64,000 bases of DNA from the NCBI GenBank assembly GCA_965215505.1, contig OZ244065.1, positions 4,384,001 through 4,448,000 of the forward strand, in the 5' to 3' direction. Every line of letters starts with the position of its first letter. The stretch's first letter is position 1. Origin of the DNA: Capsulimonadaceae bacterium (GTDB lineage Bacteria > Armatimonadota > Armatimonadia > Armatimonadales > Capsulimonadaceae). A program made the position numbers and the translations under genes. The notes beneath the pieces are model-generated. The model was not told where the DNA came from. It worked only from the letters and a program-made list of their open reading frames with translations, and searched no databases. This document shows, in pieces, positions 26,649-35,923 of the stretch.

Positions 26649-28283
26649 CTACGCCGGGTTCATCTCCACGCCGCCCGCGCCGACCAGGACGCGCTCCGGC
26701 TCGGCATGGGCCTTCGCCACGCCGCCCGCGCCGAGCCAGGTCCGCTCCCAGACCGGGGTGACGGCCCGCAGCGTGATCAGGGCGATCACCGCGATGCCCG
26801 CGAAGGCGAAGAAGCCCGCGCCGTAGGTGTGGAAGATGTCGTGCAGCGACCCCATCTCCTGCGCCAGATAATAGCCGCCGACGCCGCCCGCCGCGCCGAC
26901 CAGCCCGGTCATCACGCCGATCTGCTTGCGGAACCGCTGCGGGATGAGCTGGAAGACCGAGCCGTTGCCCATGCCCATCGCGCCCATCAGGATGAACAGC
27001 AGCGGGAAGGTGATGGCCTTGCTCGTGATCGTGAAGCCGATCACGGCGGCGGTCAGGATCGCCGTGGCGTACAGCACGGACAGCATCCGGATGCCGCCGA
27101 TCCGGTCGGCCAGCAGGCCGCCGACGGGCCGCAGGAACGAGCCGGAGATGATGAACGGCCAGGTGAACAGGCCGACCGCGACCTTCGGGTAGTCGTACTG
27201 GTCCACGAAGAACGTGTTGATGAACGACGACATGCCGACGAAGCCGCCGAAGGTCACGAAGTACAGCAGGCAGAAGGTCCAGGCGTCGCCGGTCTTGAGG
27301 ATGCTGGTATAGTCCGAGAGCTTGACGGCGGGCGCGTGGCCCGGCGCGTCCTTCGCCATCAGGCTGAAGACCGCCAGCGTGAGGACGATCGGGATCATCA
27401 GCAGGCCGAAGACGCCGTGCCACCCGACGACCGGGACCAGGAGCGGCGCGAAGATGGTCGCAAGGATCGTCCCCGAGTTGCCCGCCCCGGCGATTCCCAT
27501 CGCTAGGCCCTGCAAATGAGGCGGATACCAGCGCGAGGCCAGCGGCAGCGAGATCGCGAACGAGGCCCCCGCCAGGCCCAGGAAGAAGGCGATGAAGACC
27601 AGCGAGTTGTAGTCGGTGCCGAACTTCCAGCCGACGATCAGCGGCAGCAGCGTCACGGCCAGCGAAACCATGCCGACCCGCTTGGAGGCGAACCGGTCCA
27701 CCAGGACGCCGAGGAAGATGCGCCAGAAGCCCGCCGCCAGCAGGGGCAGGCCGACCAGGAACAGCTTGACCCCGGCGGGGTAGCCGTTGGCGAGCGGCTG
27801 GAACGCCTTGCCGTCCTTCGCCAGCGCGGCCATCGGCTTGAGCGGGATGACGTTGTCATACGGGACGCCGTGCGCGGTCGGGGCCGCCGCCACCTGGATC
27901 AGCTTGGACTTGGCGTTGATCGCCGCCAGGCCCGCCGCGATTGTTTCGGGGCTGGTGCTGTCCAGGATGTACTTCTCGGCGGGCTTGACGCTGTTCCGGG
28001 TGGCGTCTTTAGGCACGCCCGGCTTGAGGAGCAGGTGGTTGACCGTCTTGGCCTCCGACTTGGTCGCGTCGGGGCCTTTCATGATCAGGGTGTAGGGCGT
28101 CTCCTTGGTGATCATCGCCGAGGGCGTGATCCGCAGGTTCGCGCCCGTCAGGGCCGGGTCGGTGGCGATGAACGGCATCAAAGCACCCAGGATGACCCAG
28201 ACCATGAACGAGATGTCGAAGTGCAGGAACGCGCTGAACAGTGAGGGCGCGTGACCGCTGGTTTTCAGGTCACTGATTTTCAT
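26649..28283 (-). CDS. Nitrate/nitrite MFS transporter (NarK/NasA family)
   Basis: FLHFDISFMVW, GLAGASFAISLPLASRWYPP, GIAGAGNSG, YFVTFGGFVG, LRPVGGLLADRIGG and GMGNGSVFQL motifs. Confidence 0.93.
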   Translation of the reverse strand: MKISDLKTSGHAPSLFSAFLHFDISFMVWVILGALMPFIATDPALTGANLRITPSAMITKETPYTLIMKGPDATKSEAKTVNHLLLKPGVPKDATRNSVKPAEKYILDSTSPETIAAGLAAINAKSKLIQVAAAPTAHGVPYDNVIPLKPMAALAKDGKAFQPLANGYPAGVKLFLVGLPLLAAGFWRIFLGVLVDRFASKRVGMVSLAVTLLPLIVGWKFGTDYNSLVFIAFFLGLAGASFAISLPLASRWYPPHLQGLAMGIAGAGNSGTILATIFAPLLVPVVGWHGVFGLLMIPIVLTLAVFSLMAKDAPGHAPAVKLSDYTSILKTGDAWTFCLLYFVTFGGFVGMSSFINTFFVDQYDYPKVAVGLFTWPFIISGSFLRPVGGLLADRIGGIRMLSVLYATAILTAAVIGFTITSKAITFPLLFILMGAMGMGNGSVFQLIPQRFRKQIGVMTGLVGAAGGVGGYYLAQEMGSLHDIFHTYGAGFFAFAGIAVIALITLRAVTPVWERTWLGAGGVAKAHAEPERVLVGAGGVEMNPA

Positions 28284-28368
28284 GATGTCTCCTCGTAAGA
28301 TCGGTACAGATTGCTAACATAAAGGGGAGACGCGACGCTGCGTTGAGAAACTCTAAAGGCCCTACGGC

Positions 28369-30498
28369 TTAAAGGCTCGGTGCCTTCTCCACCCGCACCG
28401 CGCAGACCTTGAACTCCGGCATCTTCGAGGACGGGTCCAACGCGGGGTTGGTCAGCCGGTTCGCGCAGGCGTCCCCGCCCCAGTGGAACGGGACGAACAC
28501 CGTGTCCTGACGGATGTTCGGCGTCAGCCGCGCCGCGACGTGGATCGAGCCGCGCCGCGTGGTCAGGGCCACCCGGTCGCCGTCCTCGATGCCGAACCGG
28601 CGGGCCAAGGCGGGGTGCATCTCGACGAACGCCTCCGGCGAGATGCGCCCCAACGCCTCGACGCGCCGGGTCTGCGTCCCGCTCTGGTACTGCGCCATGA
28701 CGCGGCCCGTCGTCAGGTACAGCGGGTACTCGTCGTCCGGCTCCTCCGCCGCCCCCCGGTGGTGGACCGGGTGGAACTTCGCCCGCCCGTCGGGGTGCCC
28801 GAACGCCTCCTGGAACATCCGGGGAGTGCCCGGATGGTCCTCAGAAGGGCACGGCCAGAAGACGCCCTTCTCAGCGTCGATGCGGTCGTAGGTGATGCCC
28901 GAGTAGTCGGCGATGCCGCCCGCGCTGGCCCGGCGCAGCTCCTCGAAGATCTCCGCCTGGTCGTCGGTCGGGAAGTACTGGCCCGCCCCCAGCCGCGCCG
29001 CCAGGGCCGTGACGATCTGCGCGTCGGTCCAGACGCCCTCGGGGCGCATCTTGGCCTGCTGCCGGTGGATGACCCGCCCTTCAAGGTTCGTCATCGTGCC
29101 GCCCTCTTCAGCCCACTGCGCGATGGGCAGCACCACGTCGGCCAGCAGCGCCGTCTCGGAGACGAAGATGTCCGAGACGCACAGGAAGTCCAGCGCGCGC
29201 AGCCGCTGCTCGACGTGCAAAGCGCGGGGTGCGGAGACGGCGAGGTTGCAGGCCATGACCAGCATGGCGCGGACGCCCCCCTCCTGCCCCATGCTGTCCA
29301 GCAGCTCGTAGGCCGAGCGGCCCGGCCCCGGCAGGCTGTCCGGGTCCACGCCCCAGACCCCGGCCACATGGGCGCGGTGTTCGGGGTTGTCTATCTTGCG
29401 GTAGCCCGGCAACTGGTCCGCCTTCTGGCCGTGTTCGCGCCCGCCCTGCCCGTTCCCCTGGCCGGTGATGCAGCCGTAGCCGCAGTGCGGCCGGCCCGCC
29501 TTGCCCAACGCCAGCGCGAGGTTGATGAACGCCAAGGCGTTATCAACGCCCTTCGACTGCTGCCCCGCGCCCCGCGCCGTCAGCACCATGCCCGTGCCCG
29601 CCTCGCCCAAAAGGTGGGCCGCCTTGACGAGCTGGGCGGTCGGGACGCCGGTGATGCGCTCCACCCGGTCCGGCCAGAACGAGGCGATGATGCGCCGGAC
29701 GCTTTCCCAGCCGGTCGTCCGGGATGAGATGAAGTCGTGGTCCAGCAGCCCGTCGGCGGCGGCGATGTGCAAAAGCCCGTTCGCCAGGGCCGTGTCCGTG
29801 CCGGGCGTGAGCTGGAGGTGCAGCGTCGCCTGCTCCGCCGTGGCCGTCCGGCGCGGGTCGGCGACGATCAGCGCGCCGCCGTTCTCGCGCTGACGCTCGA
29901 AGTACTGCATGACCGGCGGCATGGTCTCGGCGGGGTTCGCGCCGATCAGCAGGACGGCCTCCGCGCCGGGGATGTCCTCCAGAGGGAATGGCAGGCCCCG
30001 GTCTATCCCGAAGGCCCGGATGCCCGCGACGGCTTCGGAGGCCATGCAGAACCGGCCGTTGTAATCTATGTGCGGCGTCCGCAGCGCGACGCGGGCGAAC
30101 TTGCCCAGCCAGTACGCCTTCTCGTTGGTCAGCCCGCCCCCGCCGAAGATGCCGACCGAGTCGCGGCCGTAGACCGCCTGGGCGGCTTTGACCCCTGCCG
30201 CCACCCGGTCCAGCGCCTCGTCCCATGTCGCGGGCCGCAGGGGTCCCCCCTTGGAGGCCCGGGCGAGCGGCGTCCGCAGCCGGTCCGGGTGCCCGAGCAG
30301 GTCCGTGGCCGTCCAGCCCTTCTGGCACAGGCCCCCCTTGTTGGTCGGGAAGTCCTTGCGCGGCTGCACTTGCAGGAGGCCCTGGGCGTCCGGCACCAGG
30401 TTCATGCCGCACTGCAAGGCGCAGTACGGGCAGTGCGTGGCGGTGGCAGCACTAGCGGCGGCACTAGTGGCGGCATCGGTTGTCGTGGGAGCGCTCAT
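28369..30498 (-). CDS. nasC: Assimilatory nitrate reductase catalytic subunit (molybdopterin oxidoreductase)
   Basis: THCPYCALQCG...GLCQKG 4Fe-4S motif, IDYNGRFCM, TGQGNGQGGRE, LTTGR and DPSSKMPEFK; ATGA overlap with the upstream gene. Confidence 0.92.
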   Translation of the reverse strand: MSAPTTTDAATSAAASAATATHCPYCALQCGMNLVPDAQGLLQVQPRKDFPTNKGGLCQKGWTATDLLGHPDRLRTPLARASKGGPLRPATWDEALDRVAAGVKAAQAVYGRDSVGIFGGGGLTNEKAYWLGKFARVALRTPHIDYNGRFCMASEAVAGIRAFGIDRGLPFPLEDIPGAEAVLLIGANPAETMPPVMQYFERQRENGGALIVADPRRTATAEQATLHLQLTPGTDTALANGLLHIAAADGLLDHDFISSRTTGWESVRRIIASFWPDRVERITGVPTAQLVKAAHLLGEAGTGMVLTARGAGQQSKGVDNALAFINLALALGKAGRPHCGYGCITGQGNGQGGREHGQKADQLPGYRKIDNPEHRAHVAGVWGVDPDSLPGPGRSAYELLDSMGQEGGVRAMLVMACNLAVSAPRALHVEQRLRALDFLCVSDIFVSETALLADVVLPIAQWAEEGGTMTNLEGRVIHRQQAKMRPEGVWTDAQIVTALAARLGAGQYFPTDDQAEIFEELRRASAGGIADYSGITYDRIDAEKGVFWPCPSEDHPGTPRMFQEAFGHPDGRAKFHPVHHRGAAEEPDDEYPLYLTTGRVMAQYQSGTQTRRVEALGRISPEAFVEMHPALARRFGIEDGDRVALTTRRGSIHVAARLTPNIRQDTVFVPFHWGGDACANRLTNPALDPSSKMPEFKVCAVRVEKAPSL

Positions 30499-30857
30499 GC
30501 GGACTCGTGTTCCTCCAGGATTCCGACATCCACGACGACCGCCCCGGTCAGCCCGCGCGGCGCGGCATAGCCGACCTCGATGCGCGAGCCGGCGGCGTGC
30601 GTCTCGATGATGGAAAGCGGCACATGGAAGTCGGCCTTGGGGCCGACGGGGAAGTAACGGATCGGCTTGCCGTTGACCGACAGCGCGAGATAAAGCAGGT
30701 CGTCGGACAAGTTGCCGGCCCGGAAGTAGATCACCTCGGCGGTCGTGCCGGGCGGGACATGGTAACACAGGGCGTCATTCAGCGGGCCGAGGTCGAAAAA
30801 CCCCCGCCCGGCAAAAGGGAAGACCCCCTGCAAGAAGCGCGGCGTAGCCTGGCCCAT
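30495..30857 (-). CDS. Small conserved protein of the nitrate assimilation cluster (paralog of 26193..26540)
   Basis: LQGVFPFAGRG, YFRAGNLS, RYFPVG, HVPLSIIE and DVGILE motifs; alternative GTG start at 30938. Confidence 0.75.
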   Translation of the reverse strand: MGQATPRFLQGVFPFAGRGFFDLGPLNDALCYHVPPGTTAEVIYFRAGNLSDDLLYLALSVNGKPIRYFPVGPKADFHVPLSIIETHAAGSRIEVGYAAPRGLTGAVVVDVGILEEHESA

Positions 30858-31074
30858 CCGCGTCAGCCGCTGCTGGCGCGTCTCGGTCGTCGTGGTCTGT
30901 GTGTCGGCATCAAGGAAAGGGTTGGAATCGCTTATCACCGGGAATCGCTTTCTTTTCAAGAAGTTCAGAAAAGGCGGCGTCGCCGGGAGGAGCCACAGGG
31001 CGGTGTGGCGAACCAACGGAAGGGACATGAGGGGGAGAAGCCGGCGCGTCGGTGCGTTCGGCTTGACAAGTCCT

Positions 31075-31106
31075 ATTATACACTCCCAATGTTTCGGCAG
31101 TGTTTC
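31075..31106 (-). promoter_or_regulatory. nas operon promoter: GlnR-type box GAAAC-N6-GAAAC followed by a TATAAT -10
   Basis: Minus strand GAAACACTGCCGAAACATTGGGAGTGTATAAT. Confidence 0.72.
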
Positions 31107-31136
31107 GGCTGAGTTTTGGGGATAAAAATCTTGCAG

Positions 31137-31727
31137 ATGACGGCGGCGATCCTGGCCGGCGGCGAAAGCCGTCGCATGGGGGCGGACAAGGCCGCGCTCA
31201 CCTTCGGCGGGGTCCCGCTGCTGGAGCTGGCCGCCCGCGCCGCCCTCGCGGCGGGCCTGCCGGTCCTCGTCGCGGGCCGGGACCACCCCCCCGGCTGGCC
31301 GCTCCCCGCCGTGGAGTTCGCCCCGGACGCCGCGCCGGGCCTCGGCCCGCTGGGCGGCCTGGAGACGGCCCTGCGCCGCGCCGGGACGCCCGTCCTCGCC
31401 CTGGCCTGCGACATGCCGCTGCTGACCCCCGAGACCCTGCTCTGGCTCCGGGACTCGGCGGCGACCGGGGCGGGCCGGCACGGTCTGGCCGTCACCCGCG
31501 TGGGGCTTTGGGAGCCGCTGTTCTCCGTCTACGACCCCGCCTGCCTGCCGCTGATCGGGTCACGTCTGGCCGAAGGTCGCCGGTCCCTGCACGGGCTGAT
31601 CGAGGCGGGAGACTTCGCCGCCGTGGAGGCTCCGGACTGGGTCGCGGCCCAGCTCCTCAACGTCAATACGCCGGAGGATTTGGCGCAGCTCGCGACGGGC
31701 AGTGAGGAAAGAAAGACGAGTGATTAG
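31137..31727 (+). CDS. mobA: Molybdenum cofactor guanylyltransferase
   Basis: AILAGGESRRMGADKA, GPLGGL, LACDMP, EPLFSVY and NVNTPED motifs. Confidence 0.93.
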   Translation: MTAAILAGGESRRMGADKAALTFGGVPLLELAARAALAAGLPVLVAGRDHPPGWPLPAVEFAPDAAPGLGPLGGLETALRRAGTPVLALACDMPLLTPETLLWLRDSAATGAGRHGLAVTRVGLWEPLFSVYDPACLPLIGSRLAEGRRSLHGLIEAGDFAAVEAPDWVAAQLLNVNTPEDLAQLATGSEERKTSD

Positions 31728-31842
31728 AATCACTCGCTGATTGGGACCTGTCCAGGGGACAGAAGAGGGAAGGCCATATCGCTCTGCTCCCTTGTCCTCT
31801 GGACAAATCCTGCCGTAGCGAGTGATTTCAATCACTCGTCTT
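31713..31842. repeat. REP doublet element, copy 3 (supplies the mobA stop codon)
   Basis: AAGACGAGTGATTAGAATCACTCGCT ... GTAGCGAGTGATTTCAATCACTCGTCTT, internal ACCTGTCCAGGGGACAGAAGAG. Confidence 0.8.
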
Positions 31843-31864
31843 GTCTCGCCCCGTCTTCCTCCTC

Positions 31865-32986
31865 TTATTTCCCCCTCATCCCCAGGCAAGGCCGCTCCAC
31901 CAGATGCCAGCTCACCGCCGCACACGCCAGCGTCGGCGGGAAGGCCGCCGCGAACAGCAGGGCGGGAGTCAGGTGCGCCCCGGCAGACTGGATCAAGAGC
32001 TGCTGGATGGGGAAGGCGTACAGGTACATCCCGTAGGAAAAATCGCCCCACCGGGCCAAGCCCTGGAGCCGGACGCGCGGCTGGAACGCGAACGAAAATA
32101 GGGCGTAGGAGCCGAAGAGCGGCAGGGCGGCGCTGAACCACTCGTCCCGCCGTGCCGCCGCCAGCAGGACCAGGACGGACAAGCCGAGCAACACGGGCGA
32201 GGAGGGGACGCGGTCCCGGTACAGGCAGAACGCCGCGCCCGAAAGGTAGCAGGCCGAGAGCCGGAGCCACGCGGACGGGCTGCCGACCCAGGGAAGCTCG
32301 GCGGCCGGGACGGGCATAAGAGAAGTCACCTGCGACACGGCGAGCAGGCAGTACAGCAGCACGAACAGCGCCCCGACCCACACCTCCCGCCCGCGCCGCA
32401 GCAGGCCGGCCGCGCCGAGGGCCGCCGTCAGCAGGTACATCTCGAACTCATAGCGCAGCGTCCAGAACGAGCCGTCCATCACTTTCGGGTAGGGCAGGCG
32501 CGTGAAGACGTGGGCCACGTCCGGCCCCACCACGTCGGCGGGCAGCAGGAACAGGTACAGGGCGAATTTCAGCAGCCGGAAGTGGTGCCAATAAAGAGAG
32601 GCCGAGTCCGCGCCCAGCGGCCCGACGAGCAGGGCGCAGGCGGCCGAGGCCAGGAAGAAGCCGGGGTAGATCCGCAGCGCGCGTCTCCGCAGGAACGGCC
32701 AGACCCCCGGACTGCGCTGCCGGCTCATCGTCACCAGGAACCCGCTGATGACGAAAAAGAAGTCAACGCCGGCCCCGCCCGCCAGCGTCGCCGCCCGCTC
32801 CGCCGTCCCGCCCCGCCCCGGCCCGCCCGGCGGGAGCAGCGCGAAGCAGTGGTACAGCAGCACCAGCGAGGCCAGCACGAACCGCAGGAAGTCGAAGTTG
32901 TTCCGACGGCCCTCGGCGGCGGAAGCGAAGGTGGCACGGAAAAGGCCGGCACGGAAAAGGCTGGTGCTGAGGCGGGGCGGTCCCAT
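31865..32986 (-). CDS. Acyltransferase family 3 (OafA/YrhL-like O-acyltransferase)
   Basis: NNFDFLRFVLA, GVDFFFVISGFLV, RRALRIYP, GSFWTLRYE, GDFSYGMYLY and SWHLVERP motifs. Confidence 0.92.
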   Translation of the reverse strand: MGPPRLSTSLFRAGLFRATFASAAEGRRNNFDFLRFVLASLVLLYHCFALLPPGGPGRGGTAERAATLAGGAGVDFFFVISGFLVTMSRQRSPGVWPFLRRRALRIYPGFFLASAACALLVGPLGADSASLYWHHFRLLKFALYLFLLPADVVGPDVAHVFTRLPYPKVMDGSFWTLRYEFEMYLLTAALGAAGLLRRGREVWVGALFVLLYCLLAVSQVTSLMPVPAAELPWVGSPSAWLRLSACYLSGAAFCLYRDRVPSSPVLLGLSVLVLLAAARRDEWFSAALPLFGSYALFSFAFQPRVRLQGLARWGDFSYGMYLYAFPIQQLLIQSAGAHLTPALLFAAAFPPTLACAAVSWHLVERPCLGMRGK

Positions 32987-33088
32987 GCCCCAGGGTAACA
33001 CGGCAGCCCGCCCGCTGTCAACCGTGCGCCGCCGGTTCGCTGTCAGGATGTGGGCCAAGACACAGGGGCGGCGTGGTATAATCCCCCT

Positions 33089-34108
33089 ATGAACACCCGT
33101 CTCCTCCTGCCGCTCGCTGCCTTCGCCGCTCTGGCATCTTTCCCCGCGCCCGCCGCTCCGCCAGCCTACCATCTGATCAAGAAGGTCATATTGGGCGGGG
33201 AGGGGGGCTGGGACTATCTCACGCTCGACGCCGCCTCCCGGCGGCTGTACATCAGCCGGGGAACGCACGTCATGGTCGTCAACGCCGACACTTACAGGGT
33301 CGTCGGCGACATCCCGAACACCAACGGGGTCCACGGCATCGCCCTCGCCCCCAGCCTCGGGCGCGGCTTCACCTCCAACGGCCAGGCCAACACGGTCACG
33401 ACCTTCGACCTCAAGACGCTGAAGGCCCTGGGGACCGCCAAGACCGGCGACCGGCCCGACGCCATCCTCTACGAACCCGCCACCCGGCGCGTGTTCACCT
33501 TCAACGGCGGCGGAAACAGCGCCACCGCCGTGGACGCGGTCACCGGCAAGGTCCTTGCCACGATCCCCTTGGGCGGACGCCCCGAGTTCGCCGCCACGGA
33601 CGGGGCGGGGATGGTCTACGACAACATTGAGGACAAGAACGAGATCGTCGCCATCAACGCCCGGACGCTGGCCATCACACACCGCTGGCCGGTCGCCCCG
33701 CTGGCCTCGCCGTCCGGGCTGGCGATGGACCCCAGGAGCCGCCGCCTGTTTGCGGTCTGCGACGGCCGGAAGATGGCCGTCGTCAGTGCCGACACCGGCC
33801 GAGTCGTCGCCTCGCCCGCCATTGGCGACGGCCCGGACGCCGCCGCCTTCGACCCCGGCGCGGCCCTTGCCTTCAGCTCCAACGGCGAGGACGGCACCCT
33901 GACCGTCATCCGCGAAGCCGCGCCGGACTCCTACCGCGTCCTCGAGAGCGTCCCGACCCAGGCCGGGGCGCGGACCATGGCCGTGGACACCAAGACCCAC
34001 CGGGTCTTCCTGGTCACCGCCAGGCCCGCCCCCGCCGCCCCCGGCACCCCGCCGTGGCGCCGCGCCTATGTCCCCGGCACCTTCACGCTGCTCGTCTTCG
34101 GGCCGTGA
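33089..34108 (+). CDS. YncE/YVTN-family secreted beta-propeller protein
   Basis: Signal peptide; GEGGWDYLTLD, GVHGIALA, RPDAILYEP and GARTMAVD repeats. Confidence 0.85.
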   Translation: MNTRLLLPLAAFAALASFPAPAAPPAYHLIKKVILGGEGGWDYLTLDAASRRLYISRGTHVMVVNADTYRVVGDIPNTNGVHGIALAPSLGRGFTSNGQANTVTTFDLKTLKALGTAKTGDRPDAILYEPATRRVFTFNGGGNSATAVDAVTGKVLATIPLGGRPEFAATDGAGMVYDNIEDKNEIVAINARTLAITHRWPVAPLASPSGLAMDPRSRRLFAVCDGRKMAVVSADTGRVVASPAIGDGPDAAAFDPGAALAFSSNGEDGTLTVIREAAPDSYRVLESVPTQAGARTMAVDTKTHRVFLVTARPAPAAPGTPPWRRAYVPGTFTLLVFGP

Positions 34109-34274
34109 TTCGCGGCGCAAGCCTTGACAAATTCGCCTTTATGTGTTACCCTGCATCGGGGCGGCCCGCCCGCCCGAGCGCATCAGCAAACGCAAGCGGC
34201 CACACCGTTCCCGCCGACCCAACGGCAGGCGATCCGGTGCGAGGCGGCTGCTGCGAAAGTAAGGAGCACACACC

Positions 34275-34487
34275 ATGCCAGTCGGTAAGATCAAATGGTT
34301 CAGCGACGCCAAGGGCTACGGGTTCATCGACACCGGTGAAGCCAAAGACCTGTTCGTCCACTTCTCGGCCATCCAGCAGAACGGCTACAAGTCGCTGCGC
34401 GAGGGCCAGGAAGTCGAGTACGAGGTGGGCGAAGGCCCCAAAGGCCCGCAGGCCGAGAAGGTCGTCCCGCACGTCGGCCAGGTCTGA
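34275..34487 (+). CDS. Cold shock protein (CspA family)
   Basis: [24 protein letters not shown] and GPKGPQA motifs; AAGGAG RBS; TTGACA-17-TACCCT promoter at 34124-34152. Confidence 0.97.
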   Translation: MPVGKIKWFSDAKGYGFIDTGEAKDLFVHFSAIQQNGYKSLREGQEVEYEVGEGPKGPQAEKVVPHVGQV

Positions 34488-34615
34488 CACGCCGGCCAGG
34501 TTTGAGCGGCCGGCGGTGCTTTGGCATGGTTCTTGCATTTACCTTAAGTCAGGGGCGCGTCCGCACTGACGGGCGCGACGGCCCCGGAACAGTCCCGGAA
34601 AGAAACATCACCACC

Positions 34616-35848
34616 ATGAACCATGTCACCCGTCCAAATCAGGGAGTCCGTCTGCGGGTCGCCGTTTGGGCTGCCCTGATGCTCCTCTGCGTCGCCGTCT
34701 CCTGCCGGCCCGCCACCGCCCAGGGTGCTGCCAGCCTCGTCAACGTGATTGACGCCGGCGCGCGGCTGCACATCACGGTCGCCAACGAGGCCCAGCTCTC
34801 CGGCGACTACACCGTGGACGCCGACGGCAACATCACGCTCCTCTACATCAACCAGGTCCGCGTCCAGGGGCTGACCCCCGCCCAGGCCGCCGCCCTCATC
34901 CGGGGCAATGCCGCCTCCGGCGGCAAGCCCGCCACCGGCCTGTCCCAGTTCTACGTCAGCCCGCAGGTCGTGGTCACTATCACCGACGTCGGCGGCATCG
35001 GCGTGGACGTGGCCGGGCTGGTCAGCGCGCCGCGCCACTACACCGTCCGCTCCAACGCCCGCCTGGACGACGTCATGCAGCAGGCCGTCCCCGCGCTCAA
35101 CGCCGATCTGAGCAAGGTCGAGGTCACGCGCGGCGATACCAAGGCCAAGGAGACGTTCAACTACCGCGCCTACCTCGACAGCAGGGACGAAGCGGGCAAC
35201 CCGCTGCTCCGCAGCGGCGACGTCATCGTCATCAGCAACCGCGACCCGCAGCCCATCTCCATCAACATCCAGGGCCAGGTCGCGAAGCCTGGCCGGTTCC
35301 AGGTGCCCCCCACCACGACCGCCTACAGCGCCCTCCAGGCGGCGGGCGGCCCGACACTCGCCGCCAACACGGCGGGGATCGTCATCAAGCACTTCGGCAC
35401 GACCGACACCATCCCCTTCCAGTACGCCCAGGCCGGCCAAAACCCCACCGATGCCGCCCTCAACCCGGTCCTGCTGGACGGCGACACGATCATCGTCGCC
35501 GCCGCGCCGGTCCTCGCCACCTACACCCTGACCGGGGCGGGCATCCGCAACCCCGCCGAGTACCCGCTGCCCAACGGCGTGCCGATCTCCCTCGCCGCCG
35601 CCATCGGCAAGGCGGGCGGCCTGTCCGACCGCGCCAAGATCAACGAGGTACAGATCATCCGCTCCAACCCCAAGTCAGGGGCCTCGCAGACGATCAAGCT
35701 CGATGCCAAGGACCCCACCGTCCAGGGCAGCACGCTGATCCAGCCCGGCGACAACATCACCATCGGCCAGGGCGGCGCCCCCTCGCGCGTTGACCCCCTC
35801 CAGGCCCTCGGTATTCTGATCGCCGTCTTCAGCGTCCTGCACCACTAG
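34616..35848 (+). CDS. Polysaccharide biosynthesis/export protein with SLBB repeats (Wza-like)
   Basis: Signal peptide; YTVDADGNITLLYINQVRVQGLT, NPLLRSGDVI, GQVAKPG and KAGGLSDRA repeats. Confidence 0.85.
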   Translation: MNHVTRPNQGVRLRVAVWAALMLLCVAVSCRPATAQGAASLVNVIDAGARLHITVANEAQLSGDYTVDADGNITLLYINQVRVQGLTPAQAAALIRGNAASGGKPATGLSQFYVSPQVVVTITDVGGIGVDVAGLVSAPRHYTVRSNARLDDVMQQAVPALNADLSKVEVTRGDTKAKETFNYRAYLDSRDEAGNPLLRSGDVIVISNRDPQPISINIQGQVAKPGRFQVPPTTTAYSALQAAGGPTLAANTAGIVIKHFGTTDTIPFQYAQAGQNPTDAALNPVLLDGDTIIVAAAPVLATYTLTGAGIRNPAEYPLPNGVPISLAAAIGKAGGLSDRAKINEVQIIRSNPKSGASQTIKLDAKDPTVQGSTLIQPGDNITIGQGGAPSRVDPLQALGILIAVFSVLHH

Positions 35849-35923
35849 GCCTGCGCTGCTGATGCGGAAAAAGCAGGCCCGAAATGGAAAAGCCCCCCGC
35901 CCCTATAAAAGGGGGCGGGGGAC

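Noticed and set aside
31865-34120. 751-aa acyltransferase fusion, and likewise the 586-aa ORF ending in secE and the 940-aa VIT ORF
   Set aside because: The N-terminal extensions are antisense or alternative-frame shadows of neighbouring genes, common at high GC
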